Virus record (IMG/VR): IMGVR_UViG_3300027744_000013
Coordinates: 1 to 64,000 of that record
Direction: 5' to 3' (one strand)
Source of the DNA: a virus
DNA length: 64,000 bases
In this document: positions 49,193 to 59,104 of the stretch, piece by piece
How positions within the stretch are numbered: position 1 is the first letter of the stretch
How the letters are laid out: each line of letters begins with the position of its first letter
Program-made: the position numbers and the translations under genes
Notes under the pieces: generated by a model
What the model was told of the DNA's origin: nothing
The model's database searches: none
Seen by the model: only the letters and a program-made list of their open reading frames with translations

Positions 49193-50179
49193 ATGGCAAC
49201 TTTGGCTGAAATTAGAGCAAAACTTAAGGCATCTGAATCAAAAGGTTCAGGAGAACGTACAGGCGGTGATAATTCAATTTATCCGTTCTGGAACTTAAAA
49301 GAAGGCGATGAATCCGTTCTGCGATTCTTACCCGATGGTAACACTGACAACACATTTTTCTGGGTTGAACGTGCAATGATTAAATTACCATTCGCCGGCA
49401 TCAAGGGTGAATCAGAAAGCAAACCAACTATCGTACAAGTACCATGCGTTGAAATGTATGGCGACACTTGCCCAATACTGTCAGAAGTTCGCGGCTGGTT
49501 TAAAGACCCTGCACTTGAAGATATGGGTCGTAAGTATTGGAAGAAACGCAGTTACATTTTCCAAGGATTTGTAACTGAAGATGGTTTGAATGAGAAAGAA
49601 AAAGCAACAAACCCAATCCGTAGATTTATCATCGGACCTCAAATCTTTACATCAATTCGTGCGGCTTTGGTCGATCCAGAATTGGAAGATTTGCCAACTG
49701 ACTTCACAAACGGTATTGACTATCGTATGAAGAAAGGTAGCAAAGGCGGTTATGCTGACTACTCAACTAGTACTTGGTCACGTCGTTCACGTCCGTTGAA
49801 CGAACAAGAACAAGAAGCTATTAAAGAGCACGGCTTGTTTAACTTGTCAGACTTCCTACCTAAAAAGCCAAGTGAAATTGAGCTTAAAGTAATGAAGGAA
49901 ATGTTTGAAGCATCAGTTGATGGCGAACCATATGACATGGAACGTTGGGGACAGTATTTCAAACCAGCTGGCATGAGTCAGAACACAGGTGATCCACAAA
50001 AGACATCTACTCCTAAAGCCGCACCTGCTCCAGCGGCATCACATGATGATGAAGATGACACACCTGCTCCAAAAGCAACTGCTCCGGCAGTGGCACCTAA
50101 AGCAGAAACACCAAGTGACAGTGGCGGCGACAGTCGTGCCGCAGACATCTTGGCAATGATTCGCAATCGTCAGAAGTAA
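49193..50179 (+). CDS. gp32: Single-stranded DNA-binding protein
   Basis: LRFLP, C......CP, YWK+.SY, D...G.D+..K....G+ADY.TS; heads the uvsX-uvsY operon. Confidence 0.88.
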   Translation: MATLAEIRAKLKASESKGSGERTGGDNSIYPFWNLKEGDESVLRFLPDGNTDNTFFWVERAMIKLPFAGIKGESESKPTIVQVPCVEMYGDTCPILSEVRGWFKDPALEDMGRKYWKKRSYIFQGFVTEDGLNEKEKATNPIRRFIIGPQIFTSIRAALVDPELEDLPTDFTNGIDYRMKKGSKGGYADYSTSTWSRRSRPLNEQEQEAIKEHGLFNLSDFLPKKPSEIELKVMKEMFEASVDGEPYDMERWGQYFKPAGMSQNTGDPQKTSTPKAAPAPAASHDDEDDTPAPKATAPAVAPKAETPSDSGGDSRAADILAMIRNRQK

Positions 50180-50241
50180 AAACGGCTTGGGCCTCTGCAA
50201 TCTAGTTGTACGCCCAGGTTATCTATTAGGAGAAAAACAAT

Positions 50242-51300
50242 ATGGCAACGAAAGCATTCGATCTTTCAAAATTTCGTAAAACCTTGACCAAGGCAATTGA
50301 CGGTCTAGGTGTAGGATTTAACGATCCTACAGATTGGGTTAGCACAGGTAACTTTGCGCTTAACTATCTGATCAGCGGTGACTGGAACAAAGGTATTCCT
50401 TTGGGTAAAGTTACTGTATTTGCTGGCGAATCTGGTGCCGGCAAGAGTTATATATGCTCAGGCAACATTGTCAAACACGCACAAGAGCAAGGAATTTATG
50501 TTATCTTAATTGATAGCGAAAATGCACTTGACGAACAATGGTTGAAAGACCTCGGTGTTGACACTAGCGAGAGCAAACTACTAAAACTCAACATGGCCAT
50601 GATTGATGATGTGGCTAAAACAATCCATGAATTTATGGACGAGTATAAAGCAATGGCAGAACGTCCTAAGGTCATGTTTGTCATAGACTCACTGGGTATG
50701 TTGCTTACCCCTACTGACATTAACCAGTTCCAAGCTGGTGATATGAAGGGTGATATGGGCCGTAAGCCAAAAGCATTAACCTCATTAGTTCGTAATTGTG
50801 TTAACATGTTCGGTACTTATAATGTAGGCATGGTTTGTACAAATCACACATACGCAAGTCAAGATATGTTTGATCCAGACGACAAAATATCAGGCGGACA
50901 AGGGTTTGTTTACGCATCTAGTATTGTTGTTGCAATGAAAAAGCTGAAGTTGAAAGAAGATGAAGACGGTAACAAGGTTTCAGAAGTAAATGGCATTCGT
51001 GCTAGTTGCAAGATTATGAAAACTCGTTACAGCAAGCCATTTGAAACACTTCAAATTAAAATCCCATACACAACCGGTATGAATCCTTACAGCGGCCTAG
51101 TAGATATGTTTGAAAAACAAGGTCTACTAAAGCAAGAAGGTAACAGACTCAAGTGGAATGATCCTGAGACTGGTGAGGAATTCAAATTCTATCGAAAAGA
51201 ATGGAAAGATGATAAATTAGATATGATAATGGCGAAATTCCATATCAAGCCTGAAACAACAACTACCATTCCTACGGAGATAGATGAAAATGTTGAATGA
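50242..51300 (+). CDS. uvsX: RecA-like recombinase
   Basis: GESGAGKS Walker A, DSENA, DSLG, NHTY, SGG.G..Y.S. Confidence 0.95.
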   Translation: MATKAFDLSKFRKTLTKAIDGLGVGFNDPTDWVSTGNFALNYLISGDWNKGIPLGKVTVFAGESGAGKSYICSGNIVKHAQEQGIYVILIDSENALDEQWLKDLGVDTSESKLLKLNMAMIDDVAKTIHEFMDEYKAMAERPKVMFVIDSLGMLLTPTDINQFQAGDMKGDMGRKPKALTSLVRNCVNMFGTYNVGMVCTNHTYASQDMFDPDDKISGGQGFVYASSIVVAMKKLKLKEDEDGNKVSEVNGIRASCKIMKTRYSKPFETLQIKIPYTTGMNPYSGLVDMFEKQGLLKQEGNRLKWNDPETGEEFKFYRKEWKDDKLDMIMAKFHIKPETTTTIPTEIDENVE

Positions 51301-51520
51301 AACACAAATTGGTGATGTCTGGTTACTATTCGCAGACTATATTGACAAGAAGCAACTAGAACTTGTAGCTGAACGCTATGTAGATTTATTGGCAGATCAC
51401 GGTGTTAGTGACAAAGTGTTGCAAAGTGCAACCGGCGTCGACGACACTTTAGATTCTGCTATTGAATACTATCTTGATGAAGACGCTGAAGACGAAGATT
51501 ATAAAGAATTGGATTTCTAA
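51284..51520 (+). CDS. Small acidic hypothetical protein
   Basis: Coupled between uvsX and uvsY; the start may instead be 51290. Confidence 0.65.
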   Translation: MKMLNETQIGDVWLLFADYIDKKQLELVAERYVDLLADHGVSDKVLQSATGVDDTLDSAIEYYLDEDAEDEDYKELDF

Positions 51521-51975
51521 TGGGTTGGTACGTTAAAGTTAGCAAGGATATTTCTTATATTCCTGACGCTGTAGATTTCTACAATACTGAACTAATCGAT
51601 GCTCGTAAAGAGTGTTGGATTACCGGTAATGTTGAAAGAGCGGCCGCGTCAATGCCTGGGATTGTAGAACAACGTTTCAGTCAACTACAAGAAATTGAGG
51701 CAATTTTAGAGTACCTTAACATTGAACTTCGCAGACTTAAGAGTCAGCATTTTAGAAAGTATCTTGAAAACTATCAAAGAGCACTAAGCTCAAGAGATTG
51801 TGAAAAGTTTGTTGAAGGTGAAGCAGACGTTGTTGATTTTGAAAAAATTATCAACGAGTTTGCTTTACTTCGCAACAAATGGCTAGGTATTACTAAAGCA
51901 CTAGATCAAAAACAATGGCAGATTACTAATATTGTCAAATTGCGTGTTGCAGGGATGGAAGACGCTTCATTGTGA
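51520..51975 (+). CDS. uvsY: Recombination mediator (UvsY-like)
   Basis: Helical 151 aa ending K.LD.K.WQI.NIVK.R.AG; follows uvsX. Confidence 0.7.
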   Translation: MGWYVKVSKDISYIPDAVDFYNTELIDARKECWITGNVERAAASMPGIVEQRFSQLQEIEAILEYLNIELRRLKSQHFRKYLENYQRALSSRDCEKFVEGEADVVDFEKIINEFALLRNKWLGITKALDQKQWQITNIVKLRVAGMEDASL

Positions 51976-52397
51976 AGATAGTACTAGTTACTGGCGGGTT
52001 TGATCCAATCCACAGCGGTCACATAGATTATTTTAATTCTGCTAGGCAGTTGGGTGACAAACTTGTTGTTGGTTTAAACAGTGACAAATGGCTGTCTCGT
52101 AAAAAAGGTCAACCATTTATGACATGGCAAGATCGTTTTCAAATTATTAAACATTTAAAAATGGTTGACTTTGTTATCAGTTTTAATGACGATGACAATA
52201 GTGCTAAACTTGCAATTAAATTAGTCCAACAAACTTTTCCCGATGACATTATTATCTTTGCCAATGGCGGTGATCGTACCCAAGACAATGTTCCCGAACT
52301 TGATGTTGCTGGTGTAGACTTTGTATTCAATGTAGGCGCAAAAAAAACAACATCTAGTAGTACTTTATTAGAGTCCTGGACATCTGCACATCACTAA
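51972..52397 (+). CDS. Cytidylyltransferase-family nucleotidyltransferase (TagD/RfaE-like)
   Basis: TGGFDPIHSGH (HxGH), VGLNSD..L.RKKG, ANGGDR, K..SSS. Confidence 0.9.
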   Translation: MKIVLVTGGFDPIHSGHIDYFNSARQLGDKLVVGLNSDKWLSRKKGQPFMTWQDRFQIIKHLKMVDFVISFNDDDNSAKLAIKLVQQTFPDDIIIFANGGDRTQDNVPELDVAGVDFVFNVGAKKTTSSSTLLESWTSAHH

Positions 52398-52419
52398 TCA
52401 ATTCGCCCAAACGAATACT

Positions 52420-52453
52420 AATAGGCCTTAAATAATATTGAGGCCTATTTTTT
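52420..52453 (+). terminator. Probable intrinsic terminator
   Basis: AATAGGCCT...AGGCCTATT followed by TTTT. Confidence 0.6.
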
Positions 52454-52463
52454 ATTCAAATGG

Positions 52464-52492
52464 TTGACCTTTGACAAATTACCATGTATACT
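52464..52492 (+). promoter_or_regulatory. Sigma70-like promoter, leaderless
   Basis: TTGACC-N17-TATACT-N6-ATG. Confidence 0.7.
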
Positions 52493-52498
52493 AGTAAT

Positions 52499-53680
52499 AT
52501 GACGACTATAGATAAACTTTTAATTAAAATTGTAAATCAATCGGATCCTTCAGTTGAAGAAGTTATACCAAAGAGAGATGCTAGGGTATTGCGTAGCCTA
52601 GCAACGGCAATTTTAACACCTGGATTTATCACAGAAAATCAAAGTAAACTACTAGTTAAGATTTTAACTGAACATACTGGTAAATTTGTGCAAAATTTAG
52701 ACGAACTTGTTGAGTCGTTAATAACACCAAGTTGGTCTAAACTTTTTAGAGAAGTTGATAAAACTAAAAAAATGTATATTTCATCGGCTGAGCCGTTACT
52801 TGTCATCGAATTTGCATTTTCTTCAATTATGCGGAAATCAGTAACATCTAGTGTTAAAAAAATCAGCGGTCTGGTACAGGTAGCAAGTGGCAAAGTATAC
52901 TCCGCCGACCTGACTGAAGAAAATATTGAAACACTGGTCGAACTACTACAACCAATGGGTTTTGAAATAGAGGAAAAAATCCTGGATTTTTACAAAATCA
53001 TAAAATCTTGGGAAAAAACTGAAGTTAAGAATCAGTTCTTATTAACTAACATTACGCACAGCAACTTTCAAAAACAAATTACGGCCGACTTGGGTATTAG
53101 TACTCCAATTGACGATAACGTCATTAGTGACCGAAGTACTAGGTACCAATATTTTCATGAAAAATCCGGAAAAAATCCGGAAAAATTGACCGAAATTTTA
53201 GCCTATCGAAATTCAACAAAGGTATGGGTTGATAGAAATAAATGGTCATTAGACGAAATTATTTTTAGCTTAACAGAGTTAAAACGATTGCCGGTGTTGG
53301 TTGTCTTTGATAATAACGATCCTAAAAAATGCCTGGCTGAGATGGCAATTTTACATGAAAGTTTAGAAAATAATTCAATATACGATAATGTTGGAATTTA
53401 TTTTAGATTACCAAACGACGAGGTCGGAAGTCAGTTTAATAAATTTATTAGTGAACATAGTTACAACTGTCAACTTGATAATACGACAAAAGTAGTTGGG
53501 GTGCAAAATGGAAAAATTCCGAAATTTTTCCTAAAAAATGAATGGCGGCCGATGAGTGTCATTTCTGTGGGAAATACGCTTCGCCAAACAAAAACATCAG
53601 TGTATGCAAACTTATGCGACTTAATAATTTCACACACTGACACACAACCAATTATTGAGACAAGGAACGTATGGGAGTAA
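52499..53680 (+). CDS. Hypothetical protein upstream of uvsW
   Basis: 393-aa ORF; the start at 52499 was chosen because the ATG at 52484 lies inside the promoter. Confidence 0.7.
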   Translation: MTTIDKLLIKIVNQSDPSVEEVIPKRDARVLRSLATAILTPGFITENQSKLLVKILTEHTGKFVQNLDELVESLITPSWSKLFREVDKTKKMYISSAEPLLVIEFAFSSIMRKSVTSSVKKISGLVQVASGKVYSADLTEENIETLVELLQPMGFEIEEKILDFYKIIKSWEKTEVKNQFLLTNITHSNFQKQITADLGISTPIDDNVISDRSTRYQYFHEKSGKNPEKLTEILAYRNSTKVWVDRNKWSLDEIIFSLTELKRLPVLVVFDNNDPKKCLAEMAILHESLENNSIYDNVGIYFRLPNDEVGSQFNKFISEHSYNCQLDNTTKVVGVQNGKIPKFFLKNEWRPMSVISVGNTLRQTKTSVYANLCDLIISHTDTQPIIETRNVWE

Positions 53681-55140
53681 AATTAGTTATACGAGATGAG
53701 GTTAATATTAAATTTGAGAATCTTCCATTAGATGCTCGAAAAAAATTAACTAATACATTTAAGTATGAAAATCCAACTGCACGTTATCAACCTGCGTACA
53801 AATTAGGACGTTGGGATGGTATGGTCAGTATGTTTGGTCTTGGTGGTAACGGCTATTTGAGCCAGCTAGAAAAGTGCCTAGAAATACTTGCAAGTTTACG
53901 TGTACATATCGAAGATGTCGAAGACTTGCGTACCACTGGTCAAATTGAATTTAAAGAAATTACAAATACTTACTGGGCAGACCAAGGTAAGGTATGGCCT
54001 AAAGGACATCGATTTGCAGGGCAACCTATTACATTACGTGATGACCAAGTTGAGGTTGTAAACCGATTTTTTACCAATACGCAAGCACTACAAGAAGTAG
54101 CAACTGGTGCTGGTAAAACTATTATGACAGCAACATTAAGTCACTGTGCTGAAAAATACGGACGTACTATTGTAATTGTTCCTAACAAAGATCTTGTTAC
54201 ACAAACAGAAGAAGATTATATTAATGTTGGACTTGATGTTGGAGTTTACTTTGGCGATCGAAAGGATCTAGGTAAGACTCATACTATCTGTACATGGCAA
54301 AGTCTCAATGTGTTAGATAAGAAAAGTAAGAACTGGGACTTAGAAAATGCAATAACATTGGCAGAGTTCCTTGACGGTGTTAAGACAGTAATTGTTGACG
54401 AAGTACATATGGCCAAAGCGGAAGTGTTGAAGAACTTGCTTACACAAAACCTAGCAAATGCACCTATTCGTTGGGGACTAACTGGCACTGTTCCTAAAGA
54501 TGATTTTGAAGCACAACCTATATATGCTAGCATAGGCCCAGTAGTTGGCGGCATTAAAGCTCACCAATTACAAGAGATGGGTGTGCTTAGTAACCTGCAT
54601 GTAAACATTGTGCAGATGATAGATTTACCAGAATTTAAATCATACGCAGAAGAATTAAAATATCTTGTTACTAGCCCCGAGCGATTAGCGTATATTGCAA
54701 AAATAGTTAAAGGCTTATCAGAAACAGGCAATACATTAGTTCTGGTTAACAGAATTGATTCAGGCAAGCAACTAATAGAATTACTCGATGATGCTGTTTT
54801 TATTTCAGGCGAAGTAAAAGGCACAAAGAGGACCGAGGAGTACAAAGAACATGCAACAAATGATAACAAGATTACTGTGGCGACTTTTGGTGTGGCCTCT
54901 GTTGGTATTAATATCCCAAGGATTTTTAATCTGGTTCTTCTTGAACCCGGAAAGAGCTTTGTCCGTGTTATACAAAGCATTGGGCGAGGCATTAGAAAAG
55001 CAGAAGACAAAGACTTCGTACAAATCTGGGACATAACCAGTACTTGTAAGTATGCAAAACGGCACCTTACAGCGAGAAAGAAATTTTACAAGGATGCCAA
55101 GTATCCGTTTACTATTACTAAAACGGACTGGCAAAAATAA
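53671..55140 (+). CDS. uvsW: SF2 DNA helicase
   Basis: ATGAGKT, DEVH, GLTGT, S.GINIP, QSIGRGIR. Confidence 0.93.
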   Translation: MGVKLVIRDEVNIKFENLPLDARKKLTNTFKYENPTARYQPAYKLGRWDGMVSMFGLGGNGYLSQLEKCLEILASLRVHIEDVEDLRTTGQIEFKEITNTYWADQGKVWPKGHRFAGQPITLRDDQVEVVNRFFTNTQALQEVATGAGKTIMTATLSHCAEKYGRTIVIVPNKDLVTQTEEDYINVGLDVGVYFGDRKDLGKTHTICTWQSLNVLDKKSKNWDLENAITLAEFLDGVKTVIVDEVHMAKAEVLKNLLTQNLANAPIRWGLTGTVPKDDFEAQPIYASIGPVVGGIKAHQLQEMGVLSNLHVNIVQMIDLPEFKSYAEELKYLVTSPERLAYIAKIVKGLSETGNTLVLVNRIDSGKQLIELLDDAVFISGEVKGTKRTEEYKEHATNDNKITVATFGVASVGINIPRIFNLVLLEPGKSFVRVIQSIGRGIRKAEDKDFVQIWDITSTCKYAKRHLTARKKFYKDAKYPFTITKTDWQK

Positions 55141-55147
55141 AGGAATT

Positions 55148-55654
55148 ATGCAAATATTAACATTAGATAACAAGACTTTTTCATTAAACAATCTACCCGA
55201 CGAGGTAGATGATAGTACTAGATTTGCAGTTCTAGATAACAGTGACCCTAAAGAACCCGATTTCTTTTTTATGCCGTTAATCTTTCTTGAGAGTTTTAAT
55301 GCACCTGCCATGGTATTAAGGATTGGCGAAGATGAAGTAACAATGCCCATTGATTGGTGTATTGCAGTGGGTGATAGTAGCTGTGCTACTGACATTGAAA
55401 TTCTACCTTTAACTAGTTTAAATGACAGAGGATTTGAAGCACTGGTGTTTAATCCGTTGAGCTCGTTTAGGGTAGAGTTTAAGAAGATCGAAATTGTAAA
55501 TTTTTATAACGATGTTAAATGGTATTTTCCAAAGATGAAAAATGGACAACTATTAGCAGTACCGACTCGCTTTAAAGAACAACCAGATTGTGCTTATTTT
55601 GTAAAAGAAATTAGCAGACAAAGTGAGATAATTCAGTTAGATAAAATTCTATAA
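55148..55654 (+). CDS. Hypothetical protein, possibly a degenerate Hint fold
   Basis: AAGGA RBS before MQILTLD; beta-strand pattern resembles intein blocks (see findings). Confidence 0.6.
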   Translation: MQILTLDNKTFSLNNLPDEVDDSTRFAVLDNSDPKEPDFFFMPLIFLESFNAPAMVLRIGEDEVTMPIDWCIAVGDSSCATDIEILPLTSLNDRGFEALVFNPLSSFRVEFKKIEIVNFYNDVKWYFPKMKNGQLLAVPTRFKEQPDCAYFVKEISRQSEIIQLDKIL

Positions 55655-56244
55655 TGTTTAAAGATATTGTCATCATTAACGATGCTATTCCAGTAGCCCA
55701 GCAAATAGAACTTGAAACTTTATTTACTGGGCCTACTATCCCATGGAGCCTAGTGCCGCCTGGCGAAGAGCATAATTCAACAAGCCTATCCACTAAAGAC
55801 TCAGTTGATTATACTCAATTTGTACACTTAGTATTCTGGGATGAACACAGCATTGTATCTCCATCGTTCCCATTAATGGTTCCTATACTTTCTGCAATGC
55901 CTATCAATATCAAACAGTTACTTAGAATCAAAGCCAACGTTACATTGTCAAATAAAAATCGTCCATTGGATAGCTATGGCATGCCACATGTTGATTTTAC
56001 TCCGCCGGTAAAAGGACTTGTGACAGCAATATACTATATTAATGACAGTGATGGCGATACTGTAATGTTTAATCAACTTGGCGATAAGTTATTGCCAATT
56101 CAAACAATTACTCCAAAACGGGGACGCTTGGTAATGTTTAATGGTTCTCGTTATCATTCGGGTAATTGTCCAACCGGTGATAAGCCACGAGCTCTATTGA
56201 ACATTAATTTTTTACCAGTAAAGGAATATAATGGGATCACTTAA
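55654..56244 (+). CDS. 2OG-Fe(II) oxygenase
   Basis: PHVD...YYINDSDGDT...PK.GR.V.F.G..YH....R. Confidence 0.85.
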   Translation: MFKDIVIINDAIPVAQQIELETLFTGPTIPWSLVPPGEEHNSTSLSTKDSVDYTQFVHLVFWDEHSIVSPSFPLMVPILSAMPINIKQLLRIKANVTLSNKNRPLDSYGMPHVDFTPPVKGLVTAIYYINDSDGDTVMFNQLGDKLLPIQTITPKRGRLVMFNGSRYHSGNCPTGDKPRALLNINFLPVKEYNGIT

Positions 56245-56521
56245 ACCTGGCGCAACATACATATATGAGCGTGACAGAGAAACAGTCTACGCTCGAGAAT
56301 TTGGTGCAGACCCAAGTACTAGACAAGTAGTCGGATGGGATTATGATAAAGAACATCCAAAGTTTGATCCTCGGACCAATGATGGCAGACCGTTACTTGA
56401 TCATATAATGGACAGCAAAATGTGGGGCGAAATTCGGCGAGAAGCACGTACCAATGTGACTTTACAAAAGGCTCTGGATCGTGTTATAATGATATACAAA
56501 TTAAGCAAGGACAAAATATAA
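56231..56521 (+). CDS. Hypothetical protein
   Basis: 96 aa, AAGGA RBS, translationally coupled on both sides. Confidence 0.65.
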   Translation: MGSLKPGATYIYERDRETVYAREFGADPSTRQVVGWDYDKEHPKFDPRTNDGRPLLDHIMDSKMWGEIRREARTNVTLQKALDRVIMIYKLSKDKI

Positions 56522-57174
56522 TGGCTTTACATATTGCATATTTTCAACCAACAATTTTTGCAATTGACACAGTTGCGCCGGTTGAATTTAGTAGAATTTT
56601 TAACTTAACTGAACAGTTACATGCGCATCCAGAGTTAGATGATGCATCCAATCCGTATACTAGTGTTCGTGGAGGACAGCAAATACAAGTATACCCAAAC
56701 GATCTTAACATTGATACTAGTTGGCTTGTTGCATACTTAGAAACAATGTGTAAAGGCTACATGGAAATTGTTTCTAAACAGAGTACAACAAAAGATTTAG
56801 ACATGTGTAGACCCGTTGTTACTAGCATTTGGACTATTAGACAATCCCAAGGACAGTATCAAGAATTGCACAGTCATCCAGGTGGAAATCTAAGCGGAAA
56901 CATTTATATCACTGCACCCGAGCTTACATTAGATAGTAATCCAAGTGACTCACAAATTGCATTTAGAATGCCGCAAACAAGAGACGTTACTAAATTTATG
57001 ATGTCAGATATATGGAAGTACAGCCCAACTCCAGGTTCGATTGTTCTGTTCCCAAGCCATATACCACATACCGTTTATCCGTGGAAAGGTATGGGATATC
57101 GTACTGTGTTAGCGTTTGATGCTAGATTAGTTCCTAAAGACGAAGTGTTAGAAACAGAGCAACCAAATGAGTGA
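56521..57174 (+). CDS. Putative 2OG-Fe(II) oxygenase, HxH type
   Basis: W......G.YQ..H.H....SG..Y; P..G...LFPS..PH.V.P....R...AF. Confidence 0.8.
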   Translation: MALHIAYFQPTIFAIDTVAPVEFSRIFNLTEQLHAHPELDDASNPYTSVRGGQQIQVYPNDLNIDTSWLVAYLETMCKGYMEIVSKQSTTKDLDMCRPVVTSIWTIRQSQGQYQELHSHPGGNLSGNIYITAPELTLDSNPSDSQIAFRMPQTRDVTKFMMSDIWKYSPTPGSIVLFPSHIPHTVYPWKGMGYRTVLAFDARLVPKDEVLETEQPNE

Positions 57175-57649
57175 AAAAATTGAATTAAAAGAGAAACTGT
57201 CGGCTGTTGATCAAAATGTCCGCGAGCTGTGGGACGCTATGGATGCAGACCAGCAGAAATCTCTTAAGAACGAATATTTTATTCTTAATCGTTATATTAG
57301 CAACGTGCAAGGACAAAAGCGTGAAATTCAAGAACACTTTGTACTAACTGTCAATGAGTATTTTAATAAGAACTGGAATCTTTTACAGAAGCATCCTAAA
57401 CTTATGTGGCTACTGTTGTGTATGTGTAGTCATAACGGAGAGACTGTATACTTCCATCAATGGTTAGGAAATAAAAAGAAAGATGCCGCAAATAGCAACA
57501 AGCGAGTTAAATTCTTAGCTGAAATTTATCCTAATAAAAAAATGGATGAGGTTGAAATGCTGGCTCAGCTAACTACAGATAAAGAGATGAAGGCCCTTGC
57601 TAAAACATACGGCATGGATGATGCAACGATCGCAAAGAAATTTAAATGA
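57167..57649 (+). CDS. Hypothetical protein, possibly clamp-loader small subunit (gp62-like)
   Basis: F.LNRY.S...VNE..N...W...KK...Y pattern, size and replication context; weak. Confidence 0.4.
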   Translation: MSEKIELKEKLSAVDQNVRELWDAMDADQQKSLKNEYFILNRYISNVQGQKREIQEHFVLTVNEYFNKNWNLLQKHPKLMWLLLCMCSHNGETVYFHQWLGNKKKDAANSNKRVKFLAEIYPNKKMDEVEMLAQLTTDKEMKALAKTYGMDDATIAKKFK

Positions 57650-58338
57650 TGGCTGTGGAAGAACAAACGTATACTTGTCAGTATTGTAGTAATAAATTTA
57701 CTAAAGAAAAAACGTTAGCTGTGCATGTATGCGAGCAAAAACGCAGGGCACTGGCTAAGACTGAAAGACATGTTGTTCTTGGATACGATACATATAACAA
57801 ATTTTATAGGATGAGTCAAAACTCTAAAGTTGACAAGACCTATGACGAGTTTGCTCATAGTTCGTATTATAATTCGTTTGTTAAGTTTGGTAGTTTTGTC
57901 TCTAATGTTAATCCGTTATATCCAGACAAGTTTATAAATTATGTAGTGACTAGTGGTGTTAAATTAGATCACTGGTGTAGAGATGAATTGTATGAAAAAT
58001 ACGTTCTACACTTGATTAAAACAGAACCGGTTGAAGTTGCACTAGAGCGTAGTATTAGTCATATGCTAACCTGGGCAGAAGACCAAGGAAGTGTATGGAA
58101 TCATTATTTTTTATATGTTAGTCTAAGCAGAGCTACGTACGACATCAAAGATGGTAAAATTAGTCCTTGGCTTGTACTAAATTCAGCAAATGGTAAATCA
58201 ATGCTGAAGAAGATGGGTGATGATCAGCTATCTGCAATAAGTAATATTATAGACTTGCAATTTTGGCTTAATAAGTTTAAGCAAAAGTCGGCAGATGCTG
58301 ATTTAGTCAAGCAAGTTGTTAAGGAATCTAACATATGA
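57646..58338 (+). CDS. Hypothetical protein with an N-terminal Zn finger
   Basis: C..C...F..E..L..H.C. Confidence 0.7.
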   Translation: MMAVEEQTYTCQYCSNKFTKEKTLAVHVCEQKRRALAKTERHVVLGYDTYNKFYRMSQNSKVDKTYDEFAHSSYYNSFVKFGSFVSNVNPLYPDKFINYVVTSGVKLDHWCRDELYEKYVLHLIKTEPVEVALERSISHMLTWAEDQGSVWNHYFLYVSLSRATYDIKDGKISPWLVLNSANGKSMLKKMGDDQLSAISNIIDLQFWLNKFKQKSADADLVKQVVKESNI

Positions 58339-58526
58339 AAACGAATCATGTAAGTCCTAATCCAGATGCATTACAGCTTGAATTGCAAGTAATCGTGTCA
58401 GAAGAAGATAATTCGGTTTACGTAAAGTTTATAGGATTTGATACTATTGAAGAAGCTGACAAGTATGCCGACCACTTAACAGAACACTTACCTTTATTAC
58501 TTTTTGAATCAGAGATAAAACACTAA
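58335..58526 (+). CDS. Small hypothetical protein
   Basis: 63 aa, coupled on both sides. Confidence 0.55.
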   Translation: MKTNHVSPNPDALQLELQVIVSEEDNSVYVKFIGFDTIEEADKYADHLTEHLPLLLFESEIKH

Positions 58527-59104
58527 TGCCAGATATTGATATTGACTTTGCAGACAGAACAACCGCACTTAAAGTGTTTAAGAATGTCACGGCTGCAATC
58601 AGCGACAACGGAACTTTTAAAAAGCACAATACTGGAATATATTGTACTGCGATCCCGTACAATCCAATTACAGGAATAAGTACGATAGAGTATAAACAAG
58701 CAGAAGAACGAGGTTATTTTAAGTTAGACTTTTTAAATGTTAGTGTCTATGAAGGTGTAAAAGATAGGACACATTTACTCAAGTTAATGGAGACTGAACC
58801 GTTATGGGATCTACTGGAGCAAGACGACTTTACCCAACTACTATTCCATGTGAATGGGCATGGGTCTATTCTGAGACAAAGCAAGCCAAAGTCTATAGAG
58901 CAATTGGCCGCAGTACTGGCGATGATCAGACCCGCGAAACGTTATCTGATTGGGAAAGATTGGACTACGGTGATGAACGAAGTGTGGACGAAACCCGAGA
59001 ATAATGAGTATTACTTTAAAAAAGCACATGCTATTGCTTACGCACATGTGGTGGTAGTGCAGATGAATCTAATCTGTGAAAGTATAAGCTACGAGTTTAG
59101 TTAA
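58526..59104 (+). CDS. dnaE: Miniature DNA polymerase III alpha (DnaE)-like catalytic fragment
   Basis: MPDIDIDF, HNTGIY, G.FKLDFL, P.SIEQLA.VLAMIRP, Y.FKKAHA.AYA. Confidence 0.85.
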   Translation: MPDIDIDFADRTTALKVFKNVTAAISDNGTFKKHNTGIYCTAIPYNPITGISTIEYKQAEERGYFKLDFLNVSVYEGVKDRTHLLKLMETEPLWDLLEQDDFTQLLFHVNGHGSILRQSKPKSIEQLAAVLAMIRPAKRYLIGKDWTTVMNEVWTKPENNEYYFKKAHAIAYAHVVVVQMNLICESISYEFS

